Virus record (IMG/VR): IMGVR_UViG_3300042992_000089
Length of the DNA stretch: 64,000 bases
Reading direction: 5' to 3' (one strand)
From: a virus
Taxonomy: Duplodnaviria; Heunggongvirae; Uroviricota; Caudoviricetes
Shown: positions 26,691 to 38,692 of the stretch, one piece after another
Numbering within the stretch: position 1 is the stretch's first letter
Layout of the letters: each line of letters opens with the position of its first letter
Notes under the pieces: model-generated
Told to the model about the DNA's origin: nothing
Databases searched by the model: none
Seen by the model: the letters and a program-made list of their open reading frames with translations, nothing else
Translations under genes and position numbers: made by a program

Positions 26691-27133
26691 TTGAGACCAG
26701 TTGATCCAAAGCCTCCCTCACCTCTTTCTGATTCTTCCAATTCAGGAACAACATCAAAAGATATAGACAAGACTTCTTCAAAATAAATTTGTGCCACTCT
26801 ATCTCCTACAGCATAAGGAAAGGCTTCATTCTTACGTGGAAATGTTTCATTCCCAATAGATGTAAAGATGGCCATCCATTCACCTCTGTAGTCTGAGTCA
26901 ATAACACCAAAAGAGTTGTTTAACACCCAGTTAAACTTAGTTAAGTTACTGCGTGGAACAATGATGCCTTTGTAGCCCTTAGGTATTTCTGTCTTGAATC
27001 CAAGACCCACTTTTACTTTACCTCCTGTTTCTGTTATGCTGTGAGCATATACATCATATGCAGCAGCGTGCTCGCTACCCTTGATGGGCATGCGAGCATC
27101 TTCTGTAACTTTTTGTAGTTTAATCTTCAACAT
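26687..27133 (-). CDS. dut: dUTP pyrophosphatase (dUTPase)
   Basis: AAAYDV (motif 1), GVIDSDYRGE (motif 3) and FGSTG at the C-terminus (motif 5). Confidence 0.85.
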   Translation of the reverse strand: MLKIKLQKVTEDARMPIKGSEHAAAYDVYAHSITETGGKVKVGLGFKTEIPKGYKGIIVPRSNLTKFNWVLNNSFGVIDSDYRGEWMAIFTSIGNETFPRKNEAFPYAVGDRVAQIYFEEVLSISFDVVPELEESERGEGGFGSTGLK

Positions 27134-28154
27134 CTGCTAATTCAATTTTAGGTTCAATTTGTTTAATCTTGTTTATGATACTTTGTTTGATTTCAGTATA
27201 AAACTCTTCATTGTCTAACAACATGCGTTTGAATTCTTCAAGGTTATACTTGATTTCATTGAACGTCATTGTCTGACCATACTTTCTACCAAGCTCATAC
27301 TCATTTAACAAGTCCATAATCTCTTTCACCTTATCAATACCTACACCATATACAATCTCAAAACTAGTCATTCTAAATGGAGGACTCATTCTGTTCTTAG
27401 CACACTTCACTTTAGTAATGTTACCATAAGTTACATCACCATCTTTAGCAGCTGACTTGCTGACTTCTATACGAGCATCTGATGCAAACTTCAATGCATG
27501 ACCACCTTGTGTAGTAGTAGGATTACCAAACATCACACCAATCTTCTCTCTGTATTGAGAAATGACAATAACGCATGTGTTATTGATAGACATGGCAGAC
27601 TTTAGTTTTGAATACACGCTGCTGTTTAATCTAGCCTTTAAGCCAATTGATGAATCACCCACTTCACCATCCAATACTTTCTTAGGAATTAATGATGAGT
27701 CTGAGTCAATAATCAAAAGATCAACTTCACCAGTCTTAATCATTTCTAATGCAACGTTAAATCCTTCTTCACCACATGATGGTTGAGAGATTAACATCTC
27801 TGATGTATCAACACCAATTGCTTCAAAATAGTTTTTATCAACAGCATGTTCGCCATCAATATAAACTACTTTACCTCCTGCCTTCTGACATTCAGCAACT
27901 GCGTGACCACAGATGGTAGACTTACCTGAGCCTTCCCATCCCATAAGTTCATACAACTTACCTTTTACAAATCCACCAGTACCTAACGTAATCCAATCAA
28001 ATCCAATTGAACCTGTACTGATTACATCATAATGACCATCTGTTTTGGAATCAAGTGCAAGAACTGTACCTGTACCATATGCTTTGTTTAATTTATCCAA
28101 AGCGTCTTGGAGTTTAGAGACACCACTGTCTGTTGGTTTTACTGCTTTCGCCAT
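27120..28154 (-). CDS. recA: RecA/UvsX-family recombinase
   Basis: [10 protein letters not shown] is the Walker A motif, LLIIDS is the Walker B motif, and [28 protein letters not shown] is nearly identical to E. coli RecA [28 protein letters not shown]. Confidence 0.9.
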   Translation of the reverse strand: [344 protein letters not shown]

Positions 28155-28213
28155 AATTGTTAATTTTGTGATACAAATTTAAAACTTTTTGTGCATATTT
28201 CCATCTTTTTTCA

Positions 28214-28252
28214 TTAAAAAAATTAGCCCCTAATGTAGAAACACCAGGGGCT
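28214..28252 (-). terminator. Rho-independent terminator (minus strand)
   Basis: Read on the minus strand, AGCCCCT..14 nt..AGGGGCT is a perfect 7-bp stem followed by AATTTTTTTAATG. It lies downstream of the small gene ending at 28318. Confidence 0.6.
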
Positions 28253-28317
28253 GACACAATTAACGAAAAACAGAGATGCAAACATACGTATATACACGCA
28301 TATAAACGCAAACTATT

Positions 28318-30355
<2,038 letters not shown>

Positions 30356-30375
30356 GTTAATTTGTGTTTTTTAGT

Positions 30376-30412
30376 TAAAAAATGAAGGGTCGCAAATTTA
30401 CTGCAACCCTTC
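30376..30412 (-). terminator. Rho-independent terminator (minus strand)
   Basis: On the minus strand, GAAGGGTTGCAG...CTGCGACCCTTC (an 11-bp stem with one mismatch) is followed by ATTTTTTAA. It sits between the 83-aa gene and the RNR gene. Confidence 0.6.
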
Positions 30413-30438
30413 TTATAAACCAAGAGAATTACAAAATT

Positions 30439-30690
30439 CTATCTAACTAAATTTCTTATTTTGTAACCAAGTTCTGCATCATTTGAATAATCTTTAACTA
30501 ATTTAGTTATTTCTTTATTCTGAGAAATAAGCTTTTGGATGTATAGTGTTGCATCCATCAATTCTTCCTGTAGATGCTTTAGATAGTTATCATGATTGTT
30601 CTGTTCAAGTGTAGTTCCATACTTATTGATTCCTATCTCACTACGCTGAGCATACTTCTCTATAACCTCTAATACTATTTGGTCACTCAT
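30439..30690 (-). CDS. Hypothetical protein
   Basis: ORF. Confidence 0.45.
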   Translation of the reverse strand: MSDQIVLEVIEKYAQRSEIGINKYGTTLEQNNHDNYLKHLQEELMDATLYIQKLISQNKEITKLVKDYSNDAELGYKIRNLVR

Positions 30691-31052
30691 AACTTATCAT
30701 TTAAGATTTGGAATGCTGCTTCAATAGCTGCTTTCTCAGCCAATATTCTTAGTTCATAGTCATTGCTTTCTACATGACCACCATCAAAAGAATATCTAAA
30801 GCATTCATTTTCAAGATCTACACTTATTTGAATATAAATGTCATTTGAATCAAATACATCAAATAATATTCTAGGATTTCCATCTATGAATTTTGCAATG
30901 TATTCATTATCAAACTCTTGTTGTTTTACCAACTCTTTAAACTCTTCTGGAATATCTTCTGTACTTAATGATTCTATCATTTTACTATGATAGAATTCGT
31001 TAACAGTTTCAGCTGCTCGAGGATAAGTTTCTAATAACTCAATTGCTTTCAT
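30687..31052 (-). CDS. Hypothetical protein
   Basis: ORF with ATGA overlap to its neighbour. Confidence 0.45.
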   Translation of the reverse strand: MKAIELLETYPRAAETVNEFYHSKMIESLSTEDIPEEFKELVKQQEFDNEYIAKFIDGNPRILFDVFDSNDIYIQISVDLENECFRYSFDGGHVESNDYELRILAEKAAIEAAFQILNDKL

Positions 31053-31255
31053 ATTCTTTGTTTTAATTGTTTACCACTCTCAGCCCACCAGTCTCTTTCA
31101 AATCTCCATTCGTTAGGTTCTGGGTAGTGCTGCTTGTCTTCATCTACTGAGTCTGCTAAGAGAGCGTTCTTTTCACGCTCCATATCACAGAATTTAATTA
31201 CATCATCTATACCATATTTGGTAATTAGATGGTTTAAGATATCACTGTTATACAT
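31049..31255 (-). CDS. Hypothetical protein
   Basis: ORF. Confidence 0.4.
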   Translation of the reverse strand: MYNSDILNHLITKYGIDDVIKFCDMEREKNALLADSVDEDKQHYPEPNEWRFERDWWAESGKQLKQRI

Positions 31256-31799
31256 GCTCTTTAATTTTATTAAGGTCTAACGTTTCAAATTCCTCAAAGA
31301 AACCATGCCAAACTTCTAGGTCTTCTGGAAGTTGCATTCCTAGTTTATCTTCCCAAAACTGTACAAGATCATCTGTCTTATTAAAGACTCTATATTGCAA
31401 AGATATCTCATCTCTACGCAATCCCTTCTTCTTAATCTGTACAACTTTAGGAAATATTCCTTGAAAAGCAGGAGAAGTTTTAGAATATTTGCCCTGTTTT
31501 ATCAATTCTATATCATTTTTTAATTTAGGATTGATCTCATAAACAACCACTACATAACCATCTTCATAGTCATAGTCATCTATAATGGACTTTGTTCTCT
31601 CATACTCTCCATCTAGAAAAACTCTAAATTTGTCTAGGTTCTCTGGTTTAAAGAGAATATACACAGCATTTTCATACTGTGTATCTCTCATACCATCTTT
31701 TATATATCCATTTACAAATCCATTGTCTATCAACTTTTCTTTGCCAATGCTAAGAGTTGGGACAATGAAAATGCTAGTGATTGTGTGTTTTCTCTCCAT
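31248..31799 (-). CDS. Hypothetical protein
   Basis: ORF. Confidence 0.45.
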   Translation of the reverse strand: MERKHTITSIFIVPTLSIGKEKLIDNGFVNGYIKDGMRDTQYENAVYILFKPENLDKFRVFLDGEYERTKSIIDDYDYEDGYVVVVYEINPKLKNDIELIKQGKYSKTSPAFQGIFPKVVQIKKKGLRRDEISLQYRVFNKTDDLVQFWEDKLGMQLPEDLEVWHGFFEEFETLDLNKIKEHV

Positions 31800-32882
31800 T
31801 TAGTCTAGGTTTACAATGCCATTGTTAATATGATTCTCTCTTGAAATGTTCCACACATCATTCTCTAAAGTCCATTTAAGGTTTTTGATTAGATCTGCAA
31901 CACCTGGATATTCTCTTCCTTTGTATTCAAATCCAAACTCAGCAGCTTCATCAGCTTCTTCGCTCATATTATAGATCAATGGACTCATATAGTTTGTACT
32001 GTCACATACAATAAACTTCATATTTAAAACTTTATAACCTTGATTATCAACAAGATCTTTAAAGTGATAAAGCACTGCACACATGTACAAATAACCCTGA
32101 ATATATGCTCTTCTATATAAATAATACTCTTCATAAAAGTTTTCTACAGACCATGTACATTTTAAATCATATGGCTGAATAGTCTTTCTTTTATGATTTA
32201 CAATCACCTTATCTAACATAGACTTAAATTGATGTCCTAGCACCTCGTAGCCTTCAATTTGTAACTGATTGTATACAGTATAGTCAACATCAGATACAGT
32301 GTTTACAATATCTGCTGTAATAGGATTAGTTTTTAATTCTAGAACAATCTTCTCAGCGTTTTCTATTTCTTTAGTAGTTACCACTGTAAGCTTCTTAGAT
32401 CTAACTTCTCTAATCTCTTTGTAATATATCTCAGCTTCAGATCCTATAAACTTATTTAATACAGCATCTAATTTAATCTTAAATCCTGAATCTGTATATG
32501 CATCTTGTACAAGATCTTCAAAGTTTCTAGTCACTGTACCATCTTCAGCTGTAGCCTCCACTGTGTGTTTATATAATGCTTCTACAAAATCTAACATCAA
32601 ACCAGTTGGTGTAGATATACATGTAGATATATGAAACTTCTCATCAAATAGATGGGGCTCCATTAGTAATGTTTCTACAAGTCTACCTGTAGTGGCTGCT
32701 TTACTTTCTTCGTCCTCAACCACTTGGTTAAGTATATATTTCTTATGGTACTTTTTCCTATCCATGGAAAAGTCCTTTAAACTAGAACTGCTGTCTAGAT
32801 AAATTGCTCTATATTGAGCTTCTGTTTTCGTTTCCCCTTGTATCATTCTTCTTATATTTATACTGTTGTAAAATTTGGTCAT
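31800..32882 (-). CDS. Hypothetical protein; a weak PD-(D/E)xK-like nuclease signature is possible
   Basis: MLDKVIV...IQPYDLK could be a D...(D/E)xK pattern. The start is uncertain because the track start overlaps the next ORF. Confidence 0.4.
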   Translation of the reverse strand: MTKFYNSINIRRMIQGETKTEAQYRAIYLDSSSSLKDFSMDRKKYHKKYILNQVVEDEESKAATTGRLVETLLMEPHLFDEKFHISTCISTPTGLMLDFVEALYKHTVEATAEDGTVTRNFEDLVQDAYTDSGFKIKLDAVLNKFIGSEAEIYYKEIREVRSKKLTVVTTKEIENAEKIVLELKTNPITADIVNTVSDVDYTVYNQLQIEGYEVLGHQFKSMLDKVIVNHKRKTIQPYDLKCTWSVENFYEEYYLYRRAYIQGYLYMCAVLYHFKDLVDNQGYKVLNMKFIVCDSTNYMSPLIYNMSEEADEAAEFGFEYKGREYPGVADLIKNLKWTLENDVWNISRENHINNGIVNLD

Positions 32883-33159
32883 GAGCTGCTCTAATCTTAG
32901 CAGGGACGTTCTTAAAGAACCACCTCACCTCCATTTCATACTCATTACCATACTGGTCTTCGCCCTGAGGATCAATTAACCAAAACTGGTGCTTGATGTC
33001 TCCTTCTTCTATGTAGCCTTCATACCACACTTCTGTAAATGCAGGCTTTCCACTTACAAATACGTTAGTCAGTTCCTTTCTCATCTTTTGTAGTTTTAGT
33101 AGGTTCCCATAAATAAGATAGTAAGTGATATGGCTCTTCACCATACTTTGGTTTCTCAA
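32809..33159 (-). CDS. Hypothetical protein
   Basis: This ORF overlaps both neighbours, so the true start probably lies further downstream. Confidence 0.3.
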   Translation of the reverse strand: MRNQSMVKSHITYYLIYGNLLKLQKMRKELTNVFVSGKPAFTEVWYEGYIEEGDIKHQFWLIDPQGEDQYGNEYEMEVRWFFKNVPAKIRAAHDQILQQYKYKKNDTRGNENRSSI

Positions 33160-33367
33160 TGTACTGTCTGCTTAGACACTTTGTTTTGAGATCTTCTGGT
33201 GTGAGTGTCATCACTTTACCTCTGTACTCAACTTCAAAGTTTTCATTCTTTTGAATGCATTCTCTTACCTTGTGATCAATTAGATCAGCGTACTTCTTGT
33301 CATGAAGCTTTAGAATTGTTCTTTTCATATTTGTCTGTTTTTGTTTTCTTGTCATGGCATTTCTCAC
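33065..33367 (-). CDS. Hypothetical protein
   Basis: ORF. Confidence 0.35.
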   Translation of the reverse strand: MRNAMTRKQKQTNMKRTILKLHDKKYADLIDHKVRECIQKNENFEVEYRGKVMTLTPEDLKTKCLSRQYIEKPKYGEEPYHLLSYLWEPTKTTKDEKGTD

Positions 33368-33725
33368 ACAACACCTGTAATCCAGTCACCTCACAAAACA
33401 ATCTATCTACAAATCCTGGTAGATCTTTTGAAGAGTTTAGACTTCCTGCAGGGACAATGTGATCAACGTTTATCTTTCTCTCTATGAACCAGTTTTTACA
33501 TACATTGCATTGATACTCATACTTTTGTCTCTTATTTGTTCCCTTGTACAATCTGCGTGCCTGAAGCTTAGCTTCTGTAATAGGTTTCCAAAATCTAGAC
33601 TTTTGTCTAAGAGCACTACGTATAAAGCTCCAGAATGCTGATTCTGTCATAGTTCCATGACATCTTGGTTTAACAGCCACTTTTCTAGGTATCTTAGAGA
33701 TTCTTTTTGTTGCGTTCTTTTTCAT
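33300..33725 (-). CDS. HNH homing-type endonuclease
   Basis: CNVCKNWF...VDHIVPAGS...LQVLCEKCHDKKT has the HNH motif with paired Cys zinc ligands. Confidence 0.7.
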   Translation of the reverse strand: MKKNATKRISKIPRKVAVKPRCHGTMTESAFWSFIRSALRQKSRFWKPITEAKLQARRLYKGTNKRQKYEYQCNVCKNWFIERKINVDHIVPAGSLNSSKDLPGFVDRLFCEVTGLQVLCEKCHDKKTKTDKYEKNNSKAS

Positions 33726-33770
33726 AATGTTAAATTAAGTCCAGGAGCATTACACCCCTGGACTACAAAT

Positions 33771-35243
33771 TTAATCAATTTTTACAATTCTCTTAGATAT
33801 TTCTTGTTTAATTTCATCAAGACTCTTAACAATTGTATAAACTTCTACAGCAGACAAAGCAGGTAAGTTGAAATCATACTTCTTAGCTTCTGCAGTGAAT
33901 CCTTGCTTAGCCTTCTCAGCTAAGTTATCTAGCTCACGCACAGCATAAGACTCATCCAACTCAAGAGTGTCAAAGTCTAAGTCATGTAAGATTTCTGTTG
34001 CTTCTTCACGTGGCACAGTCATAATTGGTAAATACTCATAGCATCTACCCTTAGACTGACCAATACCTACCACCTTCATAGGATTGATAAGTACAAGCAC
34101 GCTTGTGTCACCACAACCTACATAATGAATCTCATCACTAGTGAAGTGTAATCCTTCAGCACCACAGTCGTCAGTATTCCAACGACATGATTCCATAGGC
34201 ATATCTACTGGTCTACCAATTCTGATGTCAAATGTTCTTGTGTGAGCATCTGTATATCTATTCTCTGCTCTATTAGGCAAATCGAGATATAGCTCAGTTA
34301 AGTTACCAATCTCTTCACCATGATCTACACGAACAAGGTCTTTGTATATTCCTTGTTCATCACACTCATAACACTGACCACTATCATCATATTCTTCATC
34401 ATATTCAGGAGTTGTTCCTGAACCATCACAATAAGAACATGTAACCATTTCTTCTCTAAACATTGCGTCCATGTGAACCATTTTGTACTCACCATTTTGC
34501 AAGAAGACACTATAGTCATCTGGTTTCTTCTTCCATACAGCTTTCACTTTATTATATGCATTGGACACAAAGTCTACAAGTTCTGTACCTCCATGTAATG
34601 TCACTACGTTTCTCAAAGCTACAAAGAAGCCCTGTTTAGTGATACTAAAGCTATTCTTCTTCAAGAAGTTAAATAACTTATCTGCCACTTCAGCTCTAGG
34701 GTTCAAGCAACACCACATGAAGAATCTATGCAAAGCATTGAATTCATCATTGTCTGTGCCACCATGTCTACCTACCACTTCTAAGAACTCTTCCACTAGT
34801 AATGGAGGTAAGCTTCTGTTGATGCCTTTTAGATACAAAGCATTGTTTTTCATTTCAAATTGCTCAAGGGTAGCTAAATACTCAGCACCTCTTTGAATAG
34901 CTTTAGCTTTCTCATACTCAGCTTCAGCTTTTCTTTTCTCATCTCTAATCTCCTGTGTGCTAACAAGATTAATTAGACAAGCTTCTGTTCTACAGTCTCT
35001 AGCAGCATTGAAATCATCTGCTGTTGCTGGAGATTTAGTAATGATATTACCATCATTCATTACAATAGTCAATGTATCATTAACCATTTTAATGTTTAGA
35101 TAGGGCTTTCCTGAAGGATGATAAGAAGGGGCTACTTGCCCCTCCTCATTATCCAATTCATTAAAAGCCTGCTCAATTTTGTTTTCTACTACCTTTTCAA
35201 TTGTGCGTTCAATAGCACTCTTAAACCATTTTAAGCTTAACAT
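33771..35243 (-). CDS. Hypothetical protein (490 aa) with a Cys cluster (CSYCDGSG...CYECDEQG)
   Basis: This is a long ORF with no recognisable catalytic motifs. Confidence 0.5.
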   Translation of the reverse strand: MLSLKWFKSAIERTIEKVVENKIEQAFNELDNEEGQVAPSYHPSGKPYLNIKMVNDTLTIVMNDGNIITKSPATADDFNAARDCRTEACLINLVSTQEIRDEKRKAEAEYEKAKAIQRGAEYLATLEQFEMKNNALYLKGINRSLPPLLVEEFLEVVGRHGGTDNDEFNALHRFFMWCCLNPRAEVADKLFNFLKKNSFSITKQGFFVALRNVVTLHGGTELVDFVSNAYNKVKAVWKKKPDDYSVFLQNGEYKMVHMDAMFREEMVTCSYCDGSGTTPEYDEEYDDSGQCYECDEQGIYKDLVRVDHGEEIGNLTELYLDLPNRAENRYTDAHTRTFDIRIGRPVDMPMESCRWNTDDCGAEGLHFTSDEIHYVGCGDTSVLVLINPMKVVGIGQSKGRCYEYLPIMTVPREEATEILHDLDFDTLELDESYAVRELDNLAEKAKQGFTAEAKKYDFNLPALSAVEVYTIVKSLDEIKQEISKRIVKID

Positions 35244-35254
35244 GTTTTGCTTTT

Positions 35255-37603
35255 TTAAATTGTTTGTAATTCTTCAATTGTGTCTTGTGTCAATGTCTCC
35301 TCTAAAGGAGCATCTTCTGTTAATATGAGCTTGTAATGCTCTAGGTTTACCTTTTGCTTGTGATACTTAAATAGATCAACAATAGCTGTAATAAAAGGAC
35401 TATCACTATTTCCACTTCTGTATCCCATTCTATCTAATAGTACATTTAAGAATGGTAGCTTAGTAAACACTTCATTAACCTGATTGTAAACTATATATAC
35501 AGGTTGGTCAAACAGGTTATTTTCTTTTGCATGTTCTACAATAAGATTTTTGGTTGTACCATCAGCATAATACATACTGTTATCTCTATGATACTTGTTT
35601 AGTAGTTCTAACTTATCTGCTAGATCATTAGAAATCTCTCTAACAATTTCAATTCTGTTGAATGTTGCTTTCTTATCTTCAAAAAGTCGTTCAATCAAGA
35701 ACTCTGTAGCCATGGTTTTAAATGGTCTGTTTTTACCTTCCATAAATTTATCTATTGTTATCCAGTTATGTAAATCAGCTTTCTGTAAGTTATCTATTGT
35801 AGCTTGGGCAACAATAACAAAGTTTGCTTGTCCATTAAATACTGACCATAGTCTATCTAATTCTTTCTTATCAGACTCTTTACCATAAATGTGTAACTTA
35901 GATGACCTATGGATGTCTTCCATCTTAAATGTTGTAGGAACAAACTTACAATATTGATCAGACATATGTATTTCCATTTTTGTACCCACCTTACCAGAGA
36001 ACTCACCTTTCATTCTTATCTTCTTAGGACCCTTTATAGCTGCAACTGATATCTTCATTCTCTTAGCCTTCTGAGCATCCTTAAATGATTGTGGAATCTC
36101 AATAGCATCTACATCTATAAAGTCTTTAGCATACAGCCCCACTACATATTGAAACTCTTGAATAACTTCTCTCCATTGAGATTTTGGATACATATTAAGT
36201 CCTAATACAGAGTCATAATACTTAGCATAATCTACTTGACCAGTTTTACTTCTAAGTTTAAATGGTGATTTCTTAACAAAATATATGTGTTTATTATCTG
36301 GTAGAATAGTTCTTAGATAGTCTTGTTTACCTTTAGAAAGCTCATTTTCATAAATATATACACCACCAAAGTTATAAGCTGTAAAGTCTGACATTCTTAG
36401 ATACTCGTGATAATAATTTTTCATAGTTTGAAACTTACCAGTAAATCTGTATTTAAACTTGTATTCAGCCAAGATATACTCCTTTGATTTTACAGCAAGT
36501 CTTTCTAAATTCAGCAACTTTATGTTATCTAGTTTAGGCTGTGCTACAGGTGTAGAAGAATGAATTACAAGATCATCTATACAAACTTCATCGTCTGTAC
36601 CCTTGTACCAAGACTTAATATACTTGTTGTTTTTGCTATAGAATTGCATAATAGCTTTGATATCACTTTGTGTAGTGATGGCTTCATTAAACTTTTCCAT
36701 AAATACATTAGCCACTGTAGCTATCTTGTTAAGAATAGTTTCTTTAGCTTCTTGTGTATATCTAATAGCTTCTCTGTTTGGTGTAGGGAATAATCCATCA
36801 CTAAGACTGAATCTCAAAGCCATTTTGATACCTATTCTGCTTATGCCAAGCTTATCCCAATCAATAGGATAACTAACATTGTCTAAACAAAGATGCATGT
36901 CACTATTAGTAGCTAAGCTAGAATATTGGAAATGTTCAGCTCTGTGTATTGTGAAGTCATTGGTAACAGAATAACTACCCATTGGTTCTACATCAAAATA
37001 GACATTCTCAAAATAAGCCAATTGCTCTTTGATTTTATTAACAAAATTGTATCTATCATAGTAGGTTACAGGTACAATCACCTTTACACCATTTGGTTCG
37101 TCTGTTGCCCTTTCGTACAACAAGTCAATACTATTTGTATCTTCTCCTTCGTACATCATGTACTTACGTTCCATACCATCTTTTCTAGCTATAAAGTAGA
37201 AGCTAGAACTGTATGCCAATGGAGCCTTGAAACCAAGACCCATCATACCTAGTTCTGTGTTGCTGTTACGCTTAGTTGACTTACCATACTTACTGATGAT
37301 ATTTACTACATCATCTGCATCTAAGCCAATACCAAAGTCTTCAACAGCAAATTCATATGTATCTGCCTGATTGTTTCTCTTAAATGAAACAATGATAGGC
37401 TTGTCACTTCCAGCTCTTCTGTGACTATCTAGTGCATTGGATGCACATTCTCTGATAGTAGAGCCTATTGAATCTGAATAAAGATTCTTACTTAACATCT
37501 GCATCAGAACCTGAGCAGAATCTAAGTCTAGTGACATTTTCACAGTTTCCTGTGTGGTTCCTTCTTGAAGGATGTGTGATTCTGTTTGTTTTTCGAGTAT
37601 CAT
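35255..37603 (-). CDS. GHKL-family ATPase with an Hsp90-like N-terminal ATP-binding domain
   Basis: RECASNALDSH (N-box, compare Hsp90 ELISNASDALDK), EDFGIGLD (G1, compare DTGIGMT) and GMMGLGFKAPLAYS (G2, compare GQFGVGFYSAFLVA). The protein is 782 aa. Confidence 0.65.
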   Translation of the reverse strand: MILEKQTESHILQEGTTQETVKMSLDLDSAQVLMQMLSKNLYSDSIGSTIRECASNALDSHRRAGSDKPIIVSFKRNNQADTYEFAVEDFGIGLDADDVVNIISKYGKSTKRNSNTELGMMGLGFKAPLAYSSSFYFIARKDGMERKYMMYEGEDTNSIDLLYERATDEPNGVKVIVPVTYYDRYNFVNKIKEQLAYFENVYFDVEPMGSYSVTNDFTIHRAEHFQYSSLATNSDMHLCLDNVSYPIDWDKLGISRIGIKMALRFSLSDGLFPTPNREAIRYTQEAKETILNKIATVANVFMEKFNEAITTQSDIKAIMQFYSKNNKYIKSWYKGTDDEVCIDDLVIHSSTPVAQPKLDNIKLLNLERLAVKSKEYILAEYKFKYRFTGKFQTMKNYYHEYLRMSDFTAYNFGGVYIYENELSKGKQDYLRTILPDNKHIYFVKKSPFKLRSKTGQVDYAKYYDSVLGLNMYPKSQWREVIQEFQYVVGLYAKDFIDVDAIEIPQSFKDAQKAKRMKISVAAIKGPKKIRMKGEFSGKVGTKMEIHMSDQYCKFVPTTFKMEDIHRSSKLHIYGKESDKKELDRLWSVFNGQANFVIVAQATIDNLQKADLHNWITIDKFMEGKNRPFKTMATEFLIERLFEDKKATFNRIEIVREISNDLADKLELLNKYHRDNSMYYADGTTKNLIVEHAKENNLFDQPVYIVYNQVNEVFTKLPFLNVLLDRMGYRSGNSDSPFITAIVDLFKYHKQKVNLEHYKLILTEDAPLEETLTQDTIEELQTI

Positions 37604-37607
37604 GTGT

Positions 37608-37964
37608 CTAGTAGTTTACTGTAATGTTGAATTCTTTGAATATTTCTTTTGCTTCTAGTATTGTTTCTATTGTCTTTTGATCTGTAATGTTATCTCTGTT
37701 TAGTTTAAGAATTCTAGTATCTCTTGGTGTATTTAGAAAGTCTTTCCAAAGATGTTTAATTGTAAACTGTCCTGCTGCTTCACCAAGTTTCTTTACTCTT
37801 TCTTCATGACGTTGTTTACAATATGTAGGAGTAGTATATCTATAATACTGAACTGTACCACCTGCTCCTCTACCAAAATAAATACCAACAGTGAAGTCAT
37901 TACCATTGCTTACTGCTATTAAATCTCCTTTGTGGATGTCTCCACCATGTAATACTGTATACAT
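37608..37964 (-). CDS. Hypothetical protein
   Basis: ORF. Confidence 0.45.
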   Translation of the reverse strand: MYTVLHGGDIHKGDLIAVSNGNDFTVGIYFGRGAGGTVQYYRYTTPTYCKQRHEERVKKLGEAAGQFTIKHLWKDFLNTPRDTRILKLNRDNITDQKTIETILEAKEIFKEFNITVNY

Positions 37965-37974
37965 AATTGTGTTT

Positions 37975-38691
37975 TTAAAATGGTGTGTCTAATAACCAAT
38001 CTATTGATAGATTGTTGTTGTCTTTTAATATTGTATTTACCTTTGTAAATACTCCTTCTGTGTCCCAATCAGTCTGCTTGTAAGAAGCACTGGCTGGATG
38101 ACTTAGTGTAAAACTCCATGTGAATGGAGCAATATACTTTTGATATTTAGCTGCGTCCTTACCTAGGAAGATTACAGGTGCTCCTGTTGTTGCTAAGACT
38201 TCTTCTAACAAATACTTAGTAAAGGGTTCCCACAGATCAATGTGAGAGCCTGCTTTATTAATTTCTGTAGTCAAAGCTGCGTTATACATTAACACACCCT
38301 GCTTAGCTAGGAATGACATATCTGGTGATCTTTCACATGTTACACACAAACCACTATAAAATTCTTTCTCTATAGCATCATAGAATTTTATTAGAGATGG
38401 TTGTAATATACCTGTTGTAGAGCAACTCATTAGAAGACCATCTGCCACATATTCTCCATTCTTTATAGAGTGATAAGGACACATACCTATCATAATCACC
38501 TTCAGCTCATCATATGGTGTCTCATAGAAACACCTATAAACATTCTGAGAGAGAGGAGCAATCTTCTTGCCCCTCTGACTTTCAGATTTGAGATATTTAT
38601 AGATGTTATCACACGCTTCACTTTCAATGAAAGGTTGCATAAACCTATGCCAAGAAGGATGAAACTGATCTTTAAATTTCTCCCAATTCAT
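37975..38691 (-). CDS. Uracil-DNA glycosylase family 1 (UNG)-like protein with a Cys in place of the catalytic Asp
   Basis: VIMIGMCPYH corresponds to UNG VVILGQDPYH, GVLMYNAALT to GVLLLNTVLT, and HPASASY to HPSPLSA. I place the start at the ATG at 38691 (MNWEKF...), which abuts the upstream gene. The track start at 38766 adds 25 aa and overlaps the neighbour. Confidence 0.65.
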   Translation of the reverse strand: MNWEKFKDQFHPSWHRFMQPFIESEACDNIYKYLKSESQRGKKIAPLSQNVYRCFYETPYDELKVIMIGMCPYHSIKNGEYVADGLLMSCSTTGILQPSLIKFYDAIEKEFYSGLCVTCERSPDMSFLAKQGVLMYNAALTTEINKAGSHIDLWEPFTKYLLEEVLATTGAPVIFLGKDAAKYQKYIAPFTWSFTLSHPASASYKQTDWDTEGVFTKVNTILKDNNNLSIDWLLDTPF

Positions 38692-38692
38692 G

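Noticed and set aside
28114-28311. 65-aa minus-strand ORF between recA and the upstream small gene
   Set aside because: It overlaps the recA start and contains the terminator hairpin, so it is probably non-coding.
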